From sequence record MN648445: a stretch of DNA of 64,000 nucleotides, one strand, 5' to 3'. Shown here piece by piece: positions 1 through 11,102 of the stretch. The translations under genes were made by a program, and so were the position numbers. Under the pieces are notes generated by a model, which saw nothing but the letters and a program-made list of their open reading frames with translations, made no database searches and was not told the origin of the DNA. This DNA comes from Escherichia phage FP43. Position 1 is the stretch's first letter. Each line of letters opens with the position of its first letter.

Positions 1-834
1 TGGGTTTGCGATAATTGATATCTGTCTAAAACCCTTGTTACCAGGCAAAGCTGCCTCAGGGAAATAAACAGAATCAAAATATGCTTTAAACCGCATCGTA
101 TTGGCTTTAACACGGTAAATCAAACCGTAGTCATCTTGTTGCCAAGTTAAGTTATTTTCATATCCCCAACGGGTGGGGTCTTCTTTAATTTCTTCCGGCC
201 ATGGAACTACAAGATATTCATTAGTGCAACGGTTAATTGACACATCGGCAGGAATCTCATAAAGATATTCCCAAATGTATCCATCACCGGTTTCGATAAC
301 CCCATTAGCATCGCCTCTACCTTCAGGAGGAGACATAGAACGAACAGACGGGGTCCATTTACCACCCAATTTAAGACATTCATCTTTATTATCTAAAGAT
401 TCTATTGAACAGAGCCCTACGTCAGGGACATCTAAACAACGGTAAATTAACCAACCGGCTCCAACTTCTGTCGCGTTGTACGGAGCAGTATTACATGCGA
501 CTATATCGTTAATTCTAAACGTGTAAGGGTCTGGATATCGCACATCTCCCCAATCACGTCTAGGAATAACAGAATCTAACATTGAAGGTAAAACTTTAAC
601 GGTACCCATCATATGGGTCCACATATCAGTAACACCAAGAACAGAATCTGTAGGATAAGGTGGGGCGAAGCCCACCTCATTTTCATTTGACGCCCAAGGC
701 TCTGAACGTCCAAACGTAATATAAATGGAGTTCTTATCATCTCCATCCCCAACTGAATTATAAAAATTCAGCATTTTCTCTGTTCTAAATTTTGATGTAA
801 CTATTGCACGATAGATAACACTTGAATCATTCAT
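1..834 (-). CDS. 8: Baseplate wedge protein gp8, N-terminal part (3' end lies beyond window start)
   Basis: Minus-strand ATG at 834 overlapping gp7 stop; N-terminus reads MNDSS...; immediately downstream of gp7 as in T4; no stop before window edge. Confidence 0.75.
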   Translation of the reverse strand, partial: MNDSSVIYRAIVTSKFRTEKMLNFYNSVGDGDDKNSIYITFGRSEPWASNENEVGFAPPYPTDSVLGVTDMWTHMMGTVKVLPSMLDSVIPRRDWGDVRYPDPYTFRINDIVACNTAPYNATEVGAGWLIYRCLDVPDVGLCSIESLDNKDECLKLGGKWTPSVRSMSPPEGRGDANGVIETGDGYIWEYLYEIPADVSINRCTNEYLVVPWPEEIKEDPTRWGYENNLTWQQDDYGLIYRVKANTMRFKAYFDSVYFPEAALPGNKGFRQISIIANP

Positions 835-3800
835 CTAATTTAACCTGTGGTGGATTCACGGGGTCTCTTGGATTTCCTACATTATCGATTAACCGTTGTT
901 CAACCAAATCTCTAAATCTAGAGAATGTTGTTCCGGACGCATCAAATAATGGGCTCATCAGTTTACGTCGTTCCGATGGAAGTTGACCTTGAAATATGGA
1001 GTTATTGTTTTCAGCGTTATAATCTTCAGGCAATGGATAATCTTGTCCAGCCATAGGGCCTATTTCATATATCGCTTTACCTGTAATAGGGTCAAACTCA
1101 ACATTTCCTTGTGGGTCTAATTTAGCCACTCGGTCTGCATATTTAGTCGGTAATCCAGAATCCCACTTATAGTTTTTGTATTTATTAATAATGGTTTCAA
1201 CATGTTTAAGTGTTAATCCGGTGTTAATAAACATTGTGAGAAGGGTAATTGCGATAAATCCAAATCCAACCGGATGAACAAAACGTAATACGTCTGATTT
1301 CCAACGAGATGATGGAAGTTTAGATTTAATCTTCATTACGTAGTATGCTCTACCACGATTTATGTAATCGATGTTGTTCTGAGAAAGCTCTTTACCTTTA
1401 ATACCACGAACAATTTCACCTTCAAAACCCGGGAGTCTTTCAGCTTTAACTTCCTGTCCTTGGATTAAACGACCTAAGAGGTTGTGAATTGTTACAGTCC
1501 ATTGTAATTTACCTTTAGAGTAACTTCTCTCGATATACGTCACATTACAACGTCCTGTAGCGGTGTATATGGTTTGTCCGACCAAATCTTCTGTCAACGA
1601 ATCAGATTCAATGATGATATCATATTCGGTCCCGGAACTAGATTCAATTTCAATTTCAACATCTTCGTTATAAAGCACTTTAAACAAGAATTTATATGAC
1701 GCTTCAGTTCCTTTAGTTGAATAGAAGTCATAACTTCTTGATTCAAAGAAACGAGACACTAAATCGCGTTTTTCGGCGTTTAAGTAAATGTTTCGTTTAT
1801 AAATCTCAGACCATAAATATTCCCACGCATGTTCTTCTCGCGGATATTGATTTTTAATAAGATTCAAAAGGTTGTTATAATGGGTCCCATAACCGTCAGA
1901 AAGATACTGAATATAAGCCTCGCAGAATGCTTCGAAGTTTGTATTATCTAAAAGATAAGACTCCGGCATCATTGTAGTGAGCAATGGTCGTAAATCTGGG
2001 TCCGCAATGCCGTTCTCTTCTACAGGAGCCCATGTGGTATCTTTTTCTTGGTTTTGTAACGATGCCGTTAAGAATATATTAGTAGGCTTCCAAATTATAG
2101 AAACATTATCTCTAACACGATAACTAAAATCATAATAAGAAATAATCTCACCTGATGATTTATAGAAAATCATGCCGGATGCATATTTTTTAAATCCGGT
2201 GAAATCCACGTTAGGCATCACTATTGTACAGTCACCGTCCTTCCAATATTCATGAACTTCACGGTCTGAAGAACTAAGTGGATGATTCTCAATAACCTTA
2301 GTGTAAAGTAAATCAGAATAAATTACAACGGCCTTGTCTGAGTTATTAATCCAACAACGAGTACCAGACTTTCTAGAATAACTAAAGAATGGCTCAGCAT
2401 AGTATTCCATCGGTTGAGGAGTGAACGATTCCCATTGAGAGTCTTCAGTTGAAATAAATGCCATCATATGATAATGTTTATCAGCCAACCATTCGCGAGG
2501 ATACTCATATTTAACAGCACCGATTAAACCGTACTTGATTTGTGTTTTTGGGTCATCAACAATATCCGATTCTAGAAATTTAAAATTACTAGATGAAATA
2601 GATAACTCAACACCATCAGTAGACATACTGGTGTACCCAGGTTCAATACGACGGCGTTCTTCTTCAGTATTACCAAACACACGTTTAAATGTGCCAGCAT
2701 CATGGTCTAGAACGTAAACGCCCTTATCAGCAGAATCAACAATAGGAGTGGTCCTCGGGTCGTCATTAAGATTAACAACTTCGCCGATAATCAGTGCAAA
2801 TATTTTACCGCCAACAGAATCCATTTTATAGCAAACTGCCTTAGGGTTACCTGTGATGTTAAATGTTTCTTGTTCAAACAAACGTTCGGAATATGTCGGA
2901 GATAACGGGTCTGAATCAATAGGGGCATTACTAGTTTTAATAAAACGAACTTTATCTCGAGCAGCAACGTATACATAATCGTCGTTGCAAACGATAGCTT
3001 CTGCAATACGTGATACGTTAGCAGGTAATGATGCGTAGTTACCAAATATTTCTACATCAAATCCTAAATTTAACTGGTCACCAATTTTAGCAAATGTTAT
3101 ATCTTGAGAACTAAATCTCACATCATCAGCAGACCAACGAACGTCAGTTGATTTACGGCCGTAAAATAATTTATCATACCCAAGAACATACGTGGTATAA
3201 CCTGTCTGGTAATACACTGTTCTTGATACAGGGTACCCTACACGGTCATTAAACAATTTAACCGATTTCCAGGTTTGTCCCTTATCATTAGAGACTTTAA
3301 CCACAGGCTGATACCGTTCAAACAAATAAAGAATTCCTTCAGATTCCATCAAATAAACACGGTTTATATCATGACACACCTGTTGAATCGAACCTTGAAT
3401 TTCATGATACTCATTTTCGCCAATAATGAAATTTTTAATAGATGAAATATCCGCATAAGCAGGGCTAAATTGGAACGATTCATTCATTAGAGCTGCCATT
3501 ATAGTGTCGTTATTAAAATCGACATAAGCCGTGTTGTTATTTGTAAATTTTTCTCTAATAAAAGTGTTAGCCAATTGCATTTCAATCATATGTTGAAATG
3601 TATACGCGTTAGTCTGAAATGATTCAAATATTTCGGTGTATACCCAATCGGATCTCTCGAAGCCTTCAGCGGCAGTTGATACACGAATAATATAAGAAGT
3701 TAATGGGTCTAAGCTACTTTCGAACCAGTTGCTATTAGGAGTATATCCTAAATTTATCCATCTGTAGCTGGCAGGAGGAATTATTTCCCCGTCTGCCGTT

Positions 3801-3925
3801 TTAGTCTCAGCGATTTCTACGAAATAGTAGAAATTAGCACCAACGTCATCCCAGCGTATTTGAACTTGGTTAGCGGACAACTTGGATATTCTGAGACTTG
3901 TGACTGCTGGCGCTTTTACTGTCAT
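827..3925 (-). CDS. 7: Baseplate wedge initiator gp7
   Basis: 1032-aa ORF, same length and map position as T4 gp7. Confidence 0.9.
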   Translation of the reverse strand: MTVKAPAVTSLRISKLSANQVQIRWDDVGANFYYFVEIAETKTADGEIIPPASYRWINLGYTPNSNWFESSLDPLTSYIIRVSTAAEGFERSDWVYTEIFESFQTNAYTFQHMIEMQLANTFIREKFTNNNTAYVDFNNDTIMAALMNESFQFSPAYADISSIKNFIIGENEYHEIQGSIQQVCHDINRVYLMESEGILYLFERYQPVVKVSNDKGQTWKSVKLFNDRVGYPVSRTVYYQTGYTTYVLGYDKLFYGRKSTDVRWSADDVRFSSQDITFAKIGDQLNLGFDVEIFGNYASLPANVSRIAEAIVCNDDYVYVAARDKVRFIKTSNAPIDSDPLSPTYSERLFEQETFNITGNPKAVCYKMDSVGGKIFALIIGEVVNLNDDPRTTPIVDSADKGVYVLDHDAGTFKRVFGNTEEERRRIEPGYTSMSTDGVELSISSSNFKFLESDIVDDPKTQIKYGLIGAVKYEYPREWLADKHYHMMAFISTEDSQWESFTPQPMEYYAEPFFSYSRKSGTRCWINNSDKAVVIYSDLLYTKVIENHPLSSSDREVHEYWKDGDCTIVMPNVDFTGFKKYASGMIFYKSSGEIISYYDFSYRVRDNVSIIWKPTNIFLTASLQNQEKDTTWAPVEENGIADPDLRPLLTTMMPESYLLDNTNFEAFCEAYIQYLSDGYGTHYNNLLNLIKNQYPREEHAWEYLWSEIYKRNIYLNAEKRDLVSRFFESRSYDFYSTKGTEASYKFLFKVLYNEDVEIEIESSSGTEYDIIIESDSLTEDLVGQTIYTATGRCNVTYIERSYSKGKLQWTVTIHNLLGRLIQGQEVKAERLPGFEGEIVRGIKGKELSQNNIDYINRGRAYYVMKIKSKLPSSRWKSDVLRFVHPVGFGFIAITLLTMFINTGLTLKHVETIINKYKNYKWDSGLPTKYADRVAKLDPQGNVEFDPITGKAIYEIGPMAGQDYPLPEDYNAENNNSIFQGQLPSERRKLMSPLFDASGTTFSRFRDLVEQRLIDNVGNPRDPVNPPQVKLDE

Positions 3926-5895
3926 TGTGAAATAGGCTCCAAATCTATAGTTAAGTACTGAGGACGTAAGTCATTTTCGAATACGATTAACGAACCATCC
4001 TTTGTAAAAATAATATCATCTGCAGGGTCGGAATAAAGTTCAATTGTTTGAACTTCAAAACGGTCTGAAGTGAGGTCAATTTTAGCAATGTTCCAATAAA
4101 TCGAATCGGCAGGATAATTCACTTCACCAATTGAATAGTATTTGTTTCGTCCGTCAGTAACAGTAAGTTTATTAAAATCATTACCTGTATAAGGTTGTAT
4201 ATTTTCGTTTTCAACAACATCACCGTCTGCAAATGGACCAATAATAACTTGACCTATGCCACGGTCATTACGGTCAGAAGATACTATGCGAACACCGTAT
4301 TTAATAGTTTCGTTTGCATTTTCTGGATTAGGTCTGTGCGAATCAAACGAGAATATATTAGATTCCATCGATCTATCTTTAATCTGATTATTGTATTTAA
4401 TACCGGCCTCAGGCGTTTTATAGAAGTTTTGTACTTCGCGAACCATTTGAATAGTAGCTGAAGAACCAATAATAGAAATATCTGCATCATCGACATAAGT
4501 TAGCATTTTAGATTTTGCAAACGATGAGTTAAAAATTTCTACATCTTCAATATAATATCGGTCAATTTTATTAATAATTTGCCCTTCAAGATATTGTTCT
4601 GATTCTTGGAGTTTATTCAACGCGTATGTAACTTTGATATTCATTTTGATAAACAAATAATCAGGCGAAATAACAACAGGTGTAATAGTCCCTAAGTTAT
4701 AATCATTTAAATAGTTTTTGATATCATCACGTTGAACAGAAGTCAAATACAATCCAGATTTAGGCTTAGCAGCAATATATGCGTACCCTGGTTTAGATGA
4801 ATCTGTGAATGTTTGAACCGCTTGAATAATAGAACCAAACCGCTCAGAAACGAATGTGTCATAGTCGGAAGCGGTTACACAACGTTGTTGAGTTTCGCGT
4901 TTAATTGTGCCTAATTCGCGGATACGTTCAATATCTTCAGGGTCACCACCGCCATCGGCCCCGACAAAGTCCGGGTTATTGCTAGGGTTCTCATTAATAC
5001 CGATTACAGTGATATTAGCTAATGTATCAGCATAAGAAAATCCTACAGCACCGTTAGCATCTGCGCCATTAGTAGAAATATACTCAATTACGATTTTAGA
5101 ACCCTGAACAGGTTTAAGACCACCAATATAGTTAGATGTTAATGCACCTTCTGATGTGTTAATAGAGATTTCGCCTTCACCAAAATAAAATTCGGTGTTC
5201 CCATCAACTGTTTCACGCATATAATAGATTGTTGACGTAGAACCAGCGTGAACCATCGACTTACGAGTCCAGTTAATCCATTCTGCTCCGTCAACATACA
5301 ACTTAACCAAATTACGGTCAATATTCTTATCACGAATAATGATAGGTTTTAATCTATCAAATGTTAATTCAGTGCGAACAATACGACCCTGAGCTAATCG
5401 AAGACGTGGGAAATATTGGTTATTTTTGTCTTTAACTACAATGACATCTTCAGTAGAAACAAAGTTATACGGGTTAACAGAAGTATCTTTAGCGTATGCT
5501 AAGAAACGAGTGCCACGTGGAATGGTGATATAGTTTCTATTTAATGCATCTGTACATGTGAGCATAATTTCTGTTTGTGCTGCTGATTTAGATGAAGGCA
5601 GATATCCGTTATCTTGAGCCGCTTGTACAACAGAACTACGCAAGTTTGCAGTACGCATAAAACTTTCATACACTGCACTATTACTGAACTGCTGGATGTA
5701 AAGAGTGTTATATGCTAAAAGGTCGCACAATACGTTTAAGCGTGAACCTTCAAAATCATAATCAAGAAATTCATTCTGTCCATTGAGCCATTCGATAATG
5801 TTTTGTTTTATTTCGGCAAATGTGCCCCCGATAAAAATCTCGGGAATAGCATTCGCTGTTCGTGTTAATTGATAATTTACAGGAGTGTTTGCCAT
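3922..5895 (-). CDS. 6: Baseplate wedge protein gp6
   Basis: ORF trimmed to internal ATG with AGGA RBS; N-terminus MANTPVNYQLTRTANAIPEIF... recognised as T4 gp6; about 658 aa. Confidence 0.88.
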   Translation of the reverse strand: MANTPVNYQLTRTANAIPEIFIGGTFAEIKQNIIEWLNGQNEFLDYDFEGSRLNVLCDLLAYNTLYIQQFSNSAVYESFMRTANLRSSVVQAAQDNGYLPSSKSAAQTEIMLTCTDALNRNYITIPRGTRFLAYAKDTSVNPYNFVSTEDVIVVKDKNNQYFPRLRLAQGRIVRTELTFDRLKPIIIRDKNIDRNLVKLYVDGAEWINWTRKSMVHAGSTSTIYYMRETVDGNTEFYFGEGEISINTSEGALTSNYIGGLKPVQGSKIVIEYISTNGADANGAVGFSYADTLANITVIGINENPSNNPDFVGADGGGDPEDIERIRELGTIKRETQQRCVTASDYDTFVSERFGSIIQAVQTFTDSSKPGYAYIAAKPKSGLYLTSVQRDDIKNYLNDYNLGTITPVVISPDYLFIKMNIKVTYALNKLQESEQYLEGQIINKIDRYYIEDVEIFNSSFAKSKMLTYVDDADISIIGSSATIQMVREVQNFYKTPEAGIKYNNQIKDRSMESNIFSFDSHRPNPENANETIKYGVRIVSSDRNDRGIGQVIIGPFADGDVVENENIQPYTGNDFNKLTVTDGRNKYYSIGEVNYPADSIYWNIAKIDLTSDRFEVQTIELYSDPADDIIFTKDGSLIVFENDLRPQYLTIDLEPISQ

Positions 5896-5903
5896 TTTAA
5901 TTC

Positions 5904-6197
5904 CTATTTTATAAAGACTTTTGACGAGGCCTGAGAAACAGTATCCCCGCATGAAATTGGGTCAGCCATTTGAACGGCCTTTTTACCGGTGACGTATACT
6001 TTAGATGTACGAGGTTCAGTAACACCTCCATGAGTCTCGTATGGTTTTTTAATTTCTGTATGAGGTGTTATTTGGTCTCCTGCCACAAGAACAGGAATAC
6101 CACCGGTGAATACTTTAGATTGAGAAGCGTTAATTACCGTAGGAGGCCATGCTTCATGACCTGTTGTAACGCACTGGTCGTAACTTAAGCCAGACAT
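5904..6197 (-). CDS. 5.4: gp5.4 PAAR-type tail-spike tip protein
   Basis: 97-aa product starting [17 protein letters not shown]...; size and position between gp5 and gp6 as in T4. Confidence 0.8.
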   Translation of the reverse strand: MSGLSYDQCVTTGHEAWPPTVINASQSKVFTGGIPVLVAGDQITPHTEIKKPYETHGGVTEPRTSKVYVTGKKAVQMADPISCGDTVSQASSKVFIK

Positions 6198-6199
6198 TT

Positions 6200-6715
6200 T
6201 TATGGCCTCATATAAACATAGTTTCGTAATTGTTGTGCCCATTTGCTCCAATTTCCTACTATAGTTTTTGTATAAACCTTAGTAAGAGTTTTTTGTACTG
6301 GAGCCGGTGGAGGTTCTGTACCAGAGTCACTTCCTGTGCCGCCTGATGAACTTTCTTCTTGGTAGTTATAAATCATTTCAACCGTATAACTAAACACTTT
6401 ACGAAGATTCTGAGGAGCTCTCCACAAATATAACTGTGTGGACTCATCTTTTGGTAAATCATCCCATGAAGATGCGGTTTCAAAATCATCATTTAATCGG
6501 TATTTCAATGCGTCCGAAGAAAAGCTAAACACACTTTCATATGTTCCATATAAACGATTACCATCTACCGTAATGCCTTGTGTCGGTTCATAATCTGTTA
6601 TATTTATTGACACTAAAGTTTCGGTTGTTTCTAACTGTGGAGTAAAAAGGACGTCAATAGACGCCCCTTCCATGTCTTCTCCTAAGTCGGTATTTAAAGG
6701 AAGTATTTGTGCCAT
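6200..6715 (-). CDS. 5.1: gp5.1-like conserved hypothetical protein
   Basis: 171-aa ORF between gp5 and gp5.4, syntenic with T4 5.1. Confidence 0.55.
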   Translation of the reverse strand: MAQILPLNTDLGEDMEGASIDVLFTPQLETTETLVSINITDYEPTQGITVDGNRLYGTYESVFSFSSDALKYRLNDDFETASSWDDLPKDESTQLYLWRAPQNLRKVFSYTVEMIYNYQEESSSGGTGSDSGTEPPPAPVQKTLTKVYTKTIVGNWSKWAQQLRNYVYMRP

Positions 6716-6718
6716 ATA

Positions 6719-8452
6719 TTACCCAATATCAATACGAGATCCGTCAACAGTGTATTGCCCTGAAGCTACTGAGCTCATTGTAGACATTGTTTCTGCCCAA
6801 TCCCCGGCAACAGTCATATCAACATTACCATTAACAGTCCATTTAACGTTTCCGTTGACGGTGTAATCATGATTCCCTTCGACCTGAGTTTTAGCATCAC
6901 CTTTAACAAGAATATCTGCATTTCCGTCAACAACTATTTTGATATTACCCTTAACGTAAAGAGTTCCATCGCCTTCAACAGTTTTAGATTGGTTACCACG
7001 AATAAAGATTGTGTCATTGCCGTCTATTTGATGGAGGCGGTCTGCCATGTTATAATATATTTCATTAGCACCAACGTTAACAAGCTTATCGCCAGAAATC
7101 AAAAAGTTCCCATCGCCATTAGTGATGTCAAAAAGGTCTTCTACAGTTTTACGAGTACGACGGCCGGATGGAGAAACTTCCTCATATGACCCTGTTGGAT
7201 GAACTAAGCGATAACGTTCATTACCTGGAGTATCGTCAAATTCTTGGATATGACCACTTTCTGTTTCCATAGCATGAACGTATGGATACTCACCACGATA
7301 ACTTGATTCCGGTTCTTTAAAAAGGATGCGTGAATCTAATGGAACAGGAGGACCAGCCGGGTCTTCTGGATCGGTATTTCTAGTAACTAAATCGGCACCA
7401 ACTCCTGGTGAAGGCGGCGTTTTAACAGGAACACCATATGATTCCATGTTACCGGTTAAAATAATTGTTGTTACACGTGAAGCGCGTCCTTTAGTCTGTT
7501 GGAACCATAATGAATCGCGTCCAGATTTGTATGCAGTTTTCCAATCGCCTGTGGCCATTGCTTTAAGCATAGTATTGAATTTTGCTACACCACCAACACC
7601 CATTTGGAAGCACATGTTTTCTAATGCCATTTGACGAGATCTGTTCATTTTAGCATAAACAGGACCTACTTTAGAATTAGAACGAATATCTTTCTGCATC
7701 TTAGCAAGGTCTTTCTCAAATAACGCTGTTGCTTCTTCTAATGTAATAGTTCCCGGATTTCCTGTTACTTCACGCCCTACTTGATCAGATAACAATTTAT
7801 TAATTCGAGACATATCTCGGGTTTTTTCCATTACGATAAGGTGTCCAATACCTACTGTAGGATACCCGAGATGGTCCCAATACACTTTATCACGAAGTCC
7901 TTCGTCACGACGTAACATTTCTGTTATTGTAAAATTAGGGTCATCATCTTCCGGAATATTTGCTAAATCTGTATCATCTGGGTTTATACCGTAATCCAAG
8001 TTGTTATCTTGAATTACGTTAGAGTTTGAATAATAACCAGCTTCACCGCCTTGGTTTAATACGTTCGTATCATTACCTAAACGCCGTGGATACTGGCCTG
8101 TCGGGTCTGAAAAACCTTCAAGTCTATTAGGCTTTTCACGTACAATCCCACCGTATGTACCAAGTACAATCCCATTTGTTTTCCATTTGTCTAAGAAATG
8201 ACCATATACTCGAGTTCCTTCAACAGGACCTGTAACAGAACCACCAATACCTGACATTGATGCAGACGTAATAGGTTGAATAACAGTCATCCATGGAAGT
8301 TTTTCTGTAGGAATACCTTGTACGTCACCTTGTGCTCTCTGTGCTGGATGAAGACCAACGACTCGAACTCGAACTCGCCCTTGTTTTAATGGGTCCATTC
8401 TGTCCTCGACAACACCCACGAACCAATTAAGGCTACTGCTAATCATTTCCAT
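6719..8452 (-). CDS. 5: Baseplate hub subunit and tail lysozyme gp5
   Basis: 577-aa ORF; internal T4-lysozyme-like segment (TVGIGHLIV..., ALENMCFQMGVGGVAKF) and C-terminal VxGxxxV beta-helix repeats. Confidence 0.9.
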   Translation of the reverse strand: MEMISSSLNWFVGVVEDRMDPLKQGRVRVRVVGLHPAQRAQGDVQGIPTEKLPWMTVIQPITSASMSGIGGSVTGPVEGTRVYGHFLDKWKTNGIVLGTYGGIVREKPNRLEGFSDPTGQYPRRLGNDTNVLNQGGEAGYYSNSNVIQDNNLDYGINPDDTDLANIPEDDDPNFTITEMLRRDEGLRDKVYWDHLGYPTVGIGHLIVMEKTRDMSRINKLLSDQVGREVTGNPGTITLEEATALFEKDLAKMQKDIRSNSKVGPVYAKMNRSRQMALENMCFQMGVGGVAKFNTMLKAMATGDWKTAYKSGRDSLWFQQTKGRASRVTTIILTGNMESYGVPVKTPPSPGVGADLVTRNTDPEDPAGPPVPLDSRILFKEPESSYRGEYPYVHAMETESGHIQEFDDTPGNERYRLVHPTGSYEEVSPSGRRTRKTVEDLFDITNGDGNFLISGDKLVNVGANEIYYNMADRLHQIDGNDTIFIRGNQSKTVEGDGTLYVKGNIKIVVDGNADILVKGDAKTQVEGNHDYTVNGNVKWTVNGNVDMTVAGDWAETMSTMSSVASGQYTVDGSRIDIG

Positions 8453-9027
8453 TATGCAATCTCCATCTCACGAATCAAATCAGTAATAAACGAGTTTATA
8501 TCTTCTTTTGCAACAATTTTTATTTTACGAAGTTTTTCATTATCTAATACTGCTGCTTCATAAGTATCTACTGCAGCTAAAGGACCTTTATATTGCGGAT
8601 ACTTACGAGCTTCATCACCTTTATCATACCACACTAAAGGCTCATCCGGATATGAAACTAAATTGTAAAATTTCTCACGGTTCTCGTTAATATGGTAAAG
8701 AATTTGGTCTCCGCCAGCATTTGCATATTTCTGAATAGAAGCTTGATACGCTGCTTCCTGAGATGTAATCCAACCATAATACGGGTCGTAGTTATCGTTG
8801 CACATCAAAAGAACCCAGTATAATTGCGGGTTGCCATAAATGATATTCGCTAGTTCTTCAGGACGCGGAGAGCCTTTAATGTAATAAGAACGTAATCTAT
8901 AATTGGCAGCAACACGCTTAAAGTACTCTTTATAGTTACGAAATATGTCTGTCATAGGAATAGTAGGTGCATTCTTATCAACTGTTTTAGCACTATATCC
9001 TATTGGGTCGAAGAATGTAAATAACAA
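8452..9027 (-). CDS. 53: Baseplate wedge protein gp53
   Basis: 191-aa ORF directly upstream of gp5 on same strand; size and synteny as T4 gp53. Confidence 0.75.
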   Translation of the reverse strand: MLFTFFDPIGYSAKTVDKNAPTIPMTDIFRNYKEYFKRVAANYRLRSYYIKGSPRPEELANIIYGNPQLYWVLLMCNDNYDPYYGWITSQEAAYQASIQKYANAGGDQILYHINENREKFYNLVSYPDEPLVWYDKGDEARKYPQYKGPLAAVDTYEAAVLDNEKLRKIKIVAKEDINSFITDLIREMEIA

Positions 9028-9054
9028 GATAGTCTCCTTCCAATATGAAATTGG

Positions 9055-9062
9055 TATAAATA
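9055..9062 (+). promoter_or_regulatory. Late promoter (TATAAATA) for gene 4
   Basis: Exact T4 late-promoter octamer 26 nt upstream of the gene 4 ATG. Confidence 0.65.
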
Positions 9063-9069
9063 ATAATAC

Positions 9070-9077
9070 TATTTATA
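9070..9077 (-). promoter_or_regulatory. Late promoter (TATAAATA) for gene 53 operon, divergent from the gene 4 promoter
   Basis: Reverse complement of TATTTATA at 9070..9077 is TATAAATA, about 43 nt upstream of the gp53 start. Confidence 0.6.
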
Positions 9078-9088
9078 AGGAGGACAAC

Positions 9089-9538
9089 ATGGCCTACTCT
9101 GGTAAATGGGTCCCAAAAAATTTAAAAAAATACCGTGGAGACCATACCAAAATAACGTATCGTTCAAACTGGGAAAAATTCTTTTTCGAATGGTTGGATA
9201 AAAATCCAGAAATTATTGCATGGGGTAGTGAAACAGCAGTAATTCCATATTTTTGTAATGCTGAAGGTAAGAAACGTCGATACTATATGGACATATGGAT
9301 GAAAGATGCATCAGGTCAAGAGTTCTTTGTAGAAATAAAACCAAAGAAAGAAACTCAGCCACCTATTAAACCGGTGAATCTTACAACTGCGGCTAAGAAA
9401 CGTTATATGAATGAAATCTACACATGGTCTGTGAACTGTGACAAATGGAAAGCTGCCTCAGCTGTTGCTGAAAAGAGAAATATAAAATTTCGAGTTCTAA
9501 CCGAAGATGGTCTTAGAAAACTCGGATACAAGGGGTAA
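9089..9538 (+). CDS. 4: Head completion protein gp4
   Basis: ATG at 9089 gives 150 aa ([15 protein letters not shown]...), the T4 gp4 size; GGAGG RBS. Confidence 0.85.
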   Translation: MAYSGKWVPKNLKKYRGDHTKITYRSNWEKFFFEWLDKNPEIIAWGSETAVIPYFCNAEGKKRRYYMDIWMKDASGQEFFVEIKPKKETQPPIKPVNLTTAAKKRYMNEIYTWSVNCDKWKAASAVAEKRNIKFRVLTEDGLRKLGYKG

Positions 9539-9540
9539 TT

Positions 9541-10362
9541 ATGAGTATATTCCAAATTATATCTGAAGGCGTACAAGCCCCTAAGATTGCTCAGTCTATG
9601 AATGAAAGAAAATGGATTGAGATAGGATTAGAATACAAGAAAGCTAAAGAGAAAGGAATCACTGCAAAAGCATTTGCAGAATCAAAAGGAATAAAATACT
9701 CGTCGTTTACATCTGCAATGTCTAGATATGCATCATCTATTAAGACTGCACAGAAAATTGAAACGCTTGAATCTAAACCTAAAAATAAACTTAATAAGCA
9801 AGAACGTCAACTTCTGATGATAAACTCGTTTCGCAGTTCAATACGAGAAAAGATTAGAAATGAAGGCGCAGCAGTAAACAACAAATCATCTAAGTGGTTT
9901 GTTGAAACAATTAAGAAAAGTGTAAAAGGTCATAAAGTAGTCAAGCCTACGCCAGGCAAAATTTATACTTACGTGTATGATGCTAAACATAAAGATACTC
10001 TGCCGTATTGGGACAGATATCCTTTGATTATTTATTTAGGATTAGGTAAACATAATTTGATGTACGGGTTAAACTTGCACTATATCCCTCCTAAAGCACG
10101 TCAACAGTTTCTTGAAGAATTGCTGAAGCAATATGCTAGCACAACTACTATTACTAATAACACAAAGTTGAAGATAGACTGGAGCAAGGTGAAAGGATTT
10201 CAAGGTGCTGACAAAATGATTAAAGCATACCTACCAGGCCACATTAGAGGAACAATAACAGAAATCGCTCCTAAAGACTGGGCTAACATAATCATGTTAC
10301 CTACTCAGCAGTTTATGTCAAAAGGAAAACGTTTCTCTGCGAATACTGTTTGGAAATCTTAA
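9541..10362 (+). CDS. 2: DNA end protector protein gp2
   Basis: 273-aa ORF following gene 4; size and synteny as T4 gp2. Confidence 0.8.
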   Translation: MSIFQIISEGVQAPKIAQSMNERKWIEIGLEYKKAKEKGITAKAFAESKGIKYSSFTSAMSRYASSIKTAQKIETLESKPKNKLNKQERQLLMINSFRSSIREKIRNEGAAVNNKSSKWFVETIKKSVKGHKVVKPTPGKIYTYVYDAKHKDTLPYWDRYPLIIYLGLGKHNLMYGLNLHYIPPKARQQFLEELLKQYASTTTITNNTKLKIDWSKVKGFQGADKMIKAYLPGHIRGTITEIAPKDWANIIMLPTQQFMSKGKRFSANTVWKS

Positions 10363-10458
10363 TTCTATTCTCTTCCGTTCTTCTGATATTCTGTTGAACC
10401 GGATTAATGGAAGAGACCTAAAACCATTATACTGCATTTTTATTAAAGCGTTTTTGAG

Positions 10459-11049
10459 GTGCTTATGACTCGTCCAGCGAGACAGATTTTTAACCAAACA
10501 AATATAACAAACTTTGTTGTGGATATCCCGGATAGTACACGAACTTCAGGTTTTGTGCTCAATGCCCAAACGGCTCCACTGCCAGGTGTGAGAATTCCTG
10601 TTGTTGAAACTGTGACAGGCACAATGGGGCTAGGTCGTGCAATGCGTGCAGGCACCACATTTGAATATGACCCTTTTATTGTACGATTTATAGTTGATGA
10701 AGACATGACGTCCTGGATGAACATGTATAAATGGATGCTCAGCACTAATAACTATATAACCGGACATAATACGGCACATGCCGATGGTCCTGAGTTTGTT
10801 ACTTTGCACATTTTAAACAACAATAAGACCGAAGTAGTTTTGACTGCGAATTTCTATAAACCATGGATTTCCGATCTGAGCGAAATTGAATTTAGTTACA
10901 CCGAAGACTCTGACCCTGCCGTTACGTGCGTAGCAACTATTCACTATGCGTATATGACGATAGAAAAGGATGGTGAAGTCATTGTATCTCAACAACCACG
11001 TCAAGCAGTCGAATCTAAATCCATTTCTAGACACCCTTCCTTGCGTTAA
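10459..11049 (+). CDS. 3: Tail completion and sheath stabiliser gp3 (start uncertain)
   Basis: 196-aa ORF in the 2-3-1 position of T4. Confidence 0.65.
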   Translation: MLMTRPARQIFNQTNITNFVVDIPDSTRTSGFVLNAQTAPLPGVRIPVVETVTGTMGLGRAMRAGTTFEYDPFIVRFIVDEDMTSWMNMYKWMLSTNNYITGHNTAHADGPEFVTLHILNNNKTEVVLTANFYKPWISDLSEIEFSYTEDSDPAVTCVATIHYAYMTIEKDGEVIVSQQPRQAVESKSISRHPSLR

Positions 11050-11102
11050 TCGCTTCTAGCTCCGTATGTTATAATCACTCATAAATTATATGAGGAAAAC
11101 CT

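Noticed and set aside
2535-3045. Short ORFs inside and antisense to gene 7 (2535..2717 plus strand, 2791..3045 minus strand)
   Set aside because: They lie entirely within the 1032-aa gp7 reading frame region, have no ribosome-binding site and show odd composition; treated as spurious.
10443-10745. Minus-strand 100-aa ORF overlapping gene 3
   Set aside because: Antisense to a conserved structural gene in a block otherwise transcribed on the plus strand; no promoter or ribosome-binding site.
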